A DNA stretch of 64,000 bases from Antedon mediterranea (lineage: Eukaryota > Animalia > Echinodermata). The notes under the pieces were generated by a model, which ran no database searches, had not been told where the DNA came from, and was given only the letters and a program-made list of their open reading frames with translations. The translations under genes were made by a program, and so were the position numbers. The stretch is taken from assembly GCF_964355755.1 (NCBI RefSeq), contig NC_092679.1, positions 340,201 through 404,200 on the forward strand, in the 5' to 3' direction. Each line of letters begins with the position of its first letter. The stretch's first letter is position 1. Below, in pieces: positions 58,101 to 64,000 of this stretch.

Positions 58101-60372
58101 AGTTTATAATTTTGATTTTTCCGTTGGTAGTATCTGTACATTAGAGCCTCTGGATTTGTGGAATGCGATAACCCCAGTGTATGACCAATCTCGTGAGCTA
58201 ACACCGTAAATAAATTCCTATTATAATCTGAAACAAAACACAGGATAATGTTTAGAAAAACATTTTTAATTATATTTTTATATGGTCACACCTAACCGGA
58301 TCAGGCTAGATACGTCTATATTCGGATTAGAACAATGTAACAACTATAGGTTATAGCAATTAGAGTTACTGTAGATTGGCTAGGTTCCCTTGGAAGCAAC
58401 GCAACGATGTAAGCGCCACAAGTGAGTTGACCAATCATAAGCGACAGTGGGTGATCTATTCCGTCGTGATTAGTCTTTAATTACTTGTGATGCGCGCTTA
58501 CGCGTACTTGTGTTGCGCGTCCTAGTGGGAACAAAGCTTAAACTGGCACTATGTTGTTGTAGATATACGTCTACCTTTCTTACAACAAAATTGCCTAGTA
58601 ATCACGTTAATAAAACAGTGGTGGATTAATAAGAAATACAATTATGTAAAACTGGGTCTGCATAAATATTTAAATTACAGAATATTTAGGAAAGCAGCGA
58701 TATTTTAGGATCAGCGATGATAAATGCAAGGTCGTGATAAAGGGCCACTTGAGAGTCTTCATAATTCAATATTAAGTAAAGGATGTATAATAATATTAGG
58801 TCAACATGGTAAATCTATAAAGAGATTATTACGTATTTTTAGATAATATTTTAAATATTTATTATTTAAATAACAGTTAAAACATGTTGATATCGATCCT
58901 AAGTATTGTGAATTGTTGGTTATTTATTGTATCTCAGCCTAATGTCGTAGAATTTGTCGGCACTATGGAATCATAATGGAAGAATGAATTTAAATTCGAT
59001 AGGGGCCTATATACGGGTTTTTTAATACTTATATTGTGACATTTTTTGGGAGAGAATGAGAATGACAATGAGAACAGCCTGATTGATAATCTATAATCAA
59101 TGAAAATGACTAATTGCAACATACGTTGCTCTTCAACTTTTATATAAATATTCTTTCTTCGTGTAAAAGCATAACATTCTTTAAAACACTTTAGGCCTAA
59201 AGGAAAGAAAATTTCAGTTTATGGATTATACAAACTTTTTAAACATCTACAAATACCAACAATTTTTTAGCTTACCAAATAACAACAAAAACACACGTGC
59301 AATAGTTTCCTGTTATTAAATAGTACTTTGAACTGATTCATTTTATGAATGCTAAGTCTCGTTGAATTCGATATTAAGAACGTACTTTGTTAACATGTAC
59401 TATTTGTAGGAAGTATTACAAACGTCTTATCTATAACTAGCAGTTAATCCTCATGCCAACTGTTACTAGGAGTAAATACATACGGGTTAATAATTAAGGG
59501 GCCCTTGTGACGCAACCTATATACAGAAGAAAGTCATAGATTCAATTAAGAATTTTAAAAGTCACTTATTAGACAGTCTACTAAATTTTAATTAAACGTT
59601 AAATATTTACCTTTTGGTTTATATTTTGTCCAAAATTCTTCTCCATCAAAATGTATATCACCGTTTAACTCGCCATATCCTCCCATTAAGTGGTACGCAT
59701 GCGCGAGTTCGTTCCCAGGTCCGTCAAATTTCATTCGATCACCGTGAGATCTTTGAGCAAACTTTATCAAAGTGTCTGCTTCACCCCATTGCACTTCTTT
59801 GAATTTTAAAGGTGTAACATCACTCCACAGTTTGTATGCTGCCGCCACTATGCGATGCGTGTCACTGGCACTCATATCTGTTCTCCATGGATAACTTGCG
59901 ATTCTAAAAAAAAATAACAAGACCATATGTCTGCCATTTAAAAAAAAATCTAAGCAATATTTGATTCAGGTTGTAATTTTAATGTCAGATGAAGTTAAAT
60001 ACATACTATACATAGGCCTAACTTTATATGTTATTAATAGGTCATTATTCACAAAACGGTTCCATCATTATTGGAAGAATTAGGTATACGTTTCAAAAGT
60101 ATGTTTTCAATAATAATACTCAAAATGAGTAAACATTATGAATGAAGATCAATGCGTTTAGGCCTATGTATGCGTTTAAATAAAACTAACCTGTATGTAA
60201 TTAAATTAGTTTTCCATCTTATATTATAATGTGCGTATCTTTTACATCTTCCCGTTTGACAGATTGTGTAGTTTTCGTCTTTTGGTGATGGATCTTCTAC
60301 TCCACAATAAGTTATTTCTTCATTCGAGGATTTCCCATCTTCATCTATTGTCGTTTTGGAAGCTTCAATGAT
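55157..60372 (-). CDS. Matrix metalloproteinase (M10A) with hemopexin domain; 5' signal-peptide exon not identified
   Basis: Exons 60191-60372, 59611-59903, 58063-58227, 57569-57669, 57102-57249, 55564-55824, 55157-55275 (sum 1269 nt, open frame). Cysteine-switch-like YCGVED, furin-like [30 protein letters not shown], zinc motif [11 protein letters not shown], Met-turn ALMY, hemopexin blades CDPGFDA / IEAAYE / IDAVM / YFFKG, and a terminal Cys. Confidence 0.9.
56108..56262. mobile_element. MITE family C (TIR AAGCTTGGTTCCCACTAG, interior GACGCAACGCAA motifs)
   Basis: AAGCTTGGTTCCCACTAGAGACGCAACGC ... GCGTTACGTCTCTAGCGGCAACCACGCTT. Related copies at ~56005-56105, 56890-57055 and 58378-58540, all within MMP introns. 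Confidence 0.7.
56593..56779. repeat. ~46-bp tandem repeat, 4 copies
   Basis: TAATAGAACAAGTCCAACCTTCACAATAATGAGTTCATGATATATT x4. Confidence 0.92.
57380..57531. mobile_element. MITE family A copy (left end eroded)
   Basis: TCTACACTATCAAA ... GTTTGATAGTGTAGACAGAGCTTTA. Further partial copies at ~11757-11850, 55370-55480 and 55941-56005. Confidence 0.8.
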
Positions 60373-61324
60373 CTATTTTATAAACATAATAATAATTAAT
60401 GAAATATTTCCTCTAGAAATATTACCGTTATAATCTTATTCTAAGAAAATAGTAATTTTCAAGTAAATAATTTATATTAATATAATTTCTAAAACAAAAA
60501 GAACAAAACACGGAGATGCGTCTTTTATATAAATACCTTAAAAAAAAACCTTATTGTTTAATTGCTGCTTGTAAAAGTTAAATTTTATGTGTAGTTTTAT
60601 ACCATTTTAACTCTATTTTATGTTGATTGCTTGTTTTCTTTTCCTTTTATTTGTCTTGTTAATTATTTTGATCAAATAAATAAACGAATTAAATCAATAG
60701 GTCATTATGTACGTCATTTCATTCGTGACTTTTACTTGTTTATTTTTTTCAGGTTGTATTCGAAAAACATCGGAAACGGAAATTGTTGATGTAAACTGAA
60801 GATAAAGTGTGTTTATATGCCAAATAACATTACTCGTTCCATCTTGAGTCATTTGCATGTTGTTTAGATATTCTTTCTTATCGTTCCTCATTTGTTTAAA
60901 GTTCTCTGAACATGTCATTTATACCTTTCGCATAAAACTGTTGAGGTTTCCCCCATTGAGATTTTCCAAAATTAAGACACGTTGTTTCTGTTAAACTGTT
61001 GAGGTTTCCCCCAGTGAGATTTTCCACATTAAAGAGACTGTTGTCTCTGTTAAATGATAAGATTTCACCCACTAAGGTTTTCCTCAAACTTTCAAGATTT
61101 TACTCACTGATATTTCGAAAAATTAAGATCCGTTTGTTATTATAGAAGTTATTAAATCGACCATGTCTGTCAATTCAGATATTTAACAAATTGTTAAATC
61201 AAATAAATTACCGTTTGATCACTCTACAAATCAGCAACCTCGATTATACATAATTTTGTACACTTTTAATAACATCCAGCTTAAGCCATAATAGATATGG
61301 AAGTACCAATCCTCCTAATCAACT

Positions 61325-61510
61325 TAATTATAATAATCGACACCAATACTTCCGAAACCTCCTCTCGTGTCCCGAGGATACATCAACAAGGACTTATTCT
61401 GGTTTAAAGTTTACCATTATAACAAATTATTCAGATAAACCAATTTCTTCTTTAATTAATATCTTCTGATTAAATATCCCTTTCTGATTAAATAAGATTA
61501 AGGCATTCTG
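61325..61510 (-). pseudogene. Possible decayed dUTPase C-terminal half
   Basis: Minus strand translates as LILFNQK...ILIKEEIGLSE*FVIMVNFKPE*VLVDVSSGH, then after a frameshift TRGGFGSIGVDY*, resembling dUTPase motifs IV-V. Confidence 0.35.
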
Positions 61511-63056
61511 CCAATCGTAATAACTAATAATGAATGATAAGATGAAAATTAATTTAGAGATGTCTGTTTTTTAAGTGGGCCAAAAAGGTGAACTTTGAAT
61601 TTGGCTGCCTACATTTCATTTTAAAGATTCTACTTATCTGTCTGGTCTGCCTCGACCTGAAGCATGTGTTATTTTGTACTTTTCTGGTATTATTTCGTTT
61701 TAATCTAGATCTATGTCTAGCCTCTTATACACTCGTTTTGGCCTACTATCTGAATAACGACACACAACATGTACCATGTTTTTTTTTCGATTAAACTGAT
61801 TAAAACGTTGCCAAAGGTTTGGCTTAGCTACACTGGCTGCTGAGGTTACAGTTGTAAGTGGGTTGTGTATGGGAGGGGATAGACTACTTCCTGGCCTTCT
61901 GCCATGGAAAAATACATGAGAGAACTTTGTTTTGAATAAAAGACGTATAGGAATAAAACAATAGTTCTTTAAGTGACAATTTAAGTCGCCGGTGTTCCTT
62001 GTATCTCAAAGCGGGTTTTTTCACATTACGTCTGTCGATATAATAAACTCTATTTTATTTTAGCAATACATTAATCGTTTTTAAACATATTTCAAACATA
62101 ATGCCATATCGTTTATTCTTTTTCTTCCGATACACAAAATAAAAGACGTCATAACCGAGATCTGGCACGGCTTCTTAGCGTACTGTAGTCACATGGAACA
62201 CATAAGTGCGTAGTCGCGCGGCGTAATAGCTATATCGTATTACTTATTATATTTTTAATCAAATCATCTGTACCGTAACATGTCCACACAATTGAAAGCA
62301 ACCAGTAATGAATTATCCAGGTCCTTTCAATTTTAGCTACAGTAGTGTACCAGTACCCAGTCACTGGTTACTTTCTACATGTTCCTTCCTCATCTGTCAG
62401 TCCTAATTATAATCTTTATTAACACTGCTACCGTGTGAAATTAACTTAACTTGACTTTCGCCCTAGATACTAGTGACTTTCAACGTAAAATGTGCAATGC
62501 TTAAGGTTTTAAACAAACTCATGCATACTTTGAAAGCATGGCCATTCAACTTTCGCGCGATTTTCGTGTTTATTTATTATTAAAAAGCAGGATGAGTTTC
62601 CCAAACTTTGATCTTAATTCTAAGTCATTGTCGTAAGTTGTTCCAGATGGTAACTAATATTTCGCTTAATACTAGCATTCATGCGTTATGGTTATAAACA
62701 TTAAATATATACATATTATATACATTTTGGAAGGGAACCTATTTGTTCTAGTGAACCTTCAACCCAAAGTCTGTTCATGTAGACCTGTCATATTTGTTTA
62801 CGTTGAGTTACATCATGGACCTAGTCCATGGTTACATTAATGTAAATTGATGGGAAGAGTTTCACACACGATAACGTAAACATTGGGTATAGCCTACTTC
62901 CCAACAACTAAAAATGTCATGAAATTAGATTAACGAATTGGAGGACGTTTTCACACGAAGGAACCCCCAAATACGACAATTACATTACTAACGGAATATC
63001 TATGATAGGATTTGGTTCAAAGCATAGTATATACTGTTTGTTTTAAAATTTTACCA

Positions 63057-63265
63057 GATATTTCGCGAGAAGCCCGGTTACGGACACAACCTGTGCGTTC
63101 GTTCACACGATATTTCGCGAGAAGCCTGGTTACGGACACAACCTGTGCGCTCGTTTACATGATATTTCGCGAGAAGCCTGGTTACGGACACAACCTGTGC
63201 GTTCGTTCACACGATATTTCGCGAGAAGGCTGGTTACGGATAAAACCTGTGCGTTCGTTTACTCA
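63057..63265. repeat. 52-bp CpG-rich tandem repeat, 4 copies
   Basis: GATATTTCGCGAGAAGCCTGGTTACGGACACAACCTGTGCGTTCGTTCACAC x4. Confidence 0.93.
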
Positions 63266-64000
63266 TGAACACCTGAGCTGCCGCATAATCGGAACACACG
63301 TACGTCGTCAGATTACAGGCCTTCGATCTCGCGGGATTATTTAAAAAGTATGGATTAAACAATTTCTAAAACCTGATTTATGGAAGCAATACAAAAAAAA
63401 ACAATTTGTTATTTGTAAAATGTGTATAATGCTTATCGTTTTCAACAAGATTCACTATATTGTTCATTCATTTCGACTAATTCACTTAATAAAGTAAATG
63501 GCAACTTGATCAGTCGCCGAGTTGCTGGCTCATGGGAGTTTCAATAACACTGTGAGCTATTACCTTGGTTACCCTTCCCTTCATACATGTGCAACATGTC
63601 TCGGATCAAAACAATTAATAAGAAAACTTAAATAAGGATACATCGGATATAAAGACGTTACAAGTCAAGAACTAAAACGTCAAAAAAATATTTTGTAAAT
63701 ACATATACAGTATAATATGCAGTGTTATGTTCCGGTTGTAAGTTTTGTCTTTTGTATATTTCTCCGTTCGTTATAGCGTATAGTAAATACTCTTAGTAAT
63801 TCCAAAATGGCACTTGGTGCATGTTTAGAATATTAGTATGGGGCGCCATTTATAAATATAAAAAATGGAAAACAAGGTACCCTTTTAAACAACAAGGACT
63901 AAACTATATTCTACTGACATTTAAGCTTAATAATCAAATGCATTCCGACACAAATGGTCTTTGTATCAGTTAACATGTCTATAAGAATTATAACTATGAT

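Noticed and set aside
60694-61087. Short minus-strand ORFs as the MMP first exon
   Set aside because: No hydrophobic signal peptide and no convincing ATG-to-donor exon in the required phase.
63012-63344. 110-aa plus-strand ORF
   Set aside because: Derived from the 52-bp tandem repeat.

Overview
AT-rich, intron-rich eukaryotic DNA from a metazoan, probably a marine invertebrate such as an echinoderm (taxon inferred, not verified). I rebuilt spliced gene models by hand from GT/AG boundaries and reading-frame continuity. On the minus strand: a 17-exon hydantoinase/oxoprolinase-DUF917 fusion gene (640-9067), KLHL28 (12936-22845), a divergent Q50 homeobox gene (23522-24629), DTL/CDT2 (25380-28839), EIF2AK4/GCN2 (32532-52945, about 38 coding exons) and a matrix metalloproteinase whose first exon I could not find (55157-60372). 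On the plus strand: ZNRD2/SSSCA1 (29558-30413) and POP7 (53303-53713), each head-to-head with a minus-strand gene. Introns carry many MITEs, SINE and LINE fragments, and minisatellites. Points of most interest: two GCN2 minisatellites built from duplicated splice donors, an ATF4-like uORF cluster in front of GCN2, a composite 5S-tRNA-Deu SINE, a minisatellite derived from a SINE, an unassigned homeobox gene, a bacterial/fungal-type fusion enzyme and a possible dUTPase relic. There is no CRISPR array or prokaryotic system. Coordinates were read by eye and may be off by a few bases.
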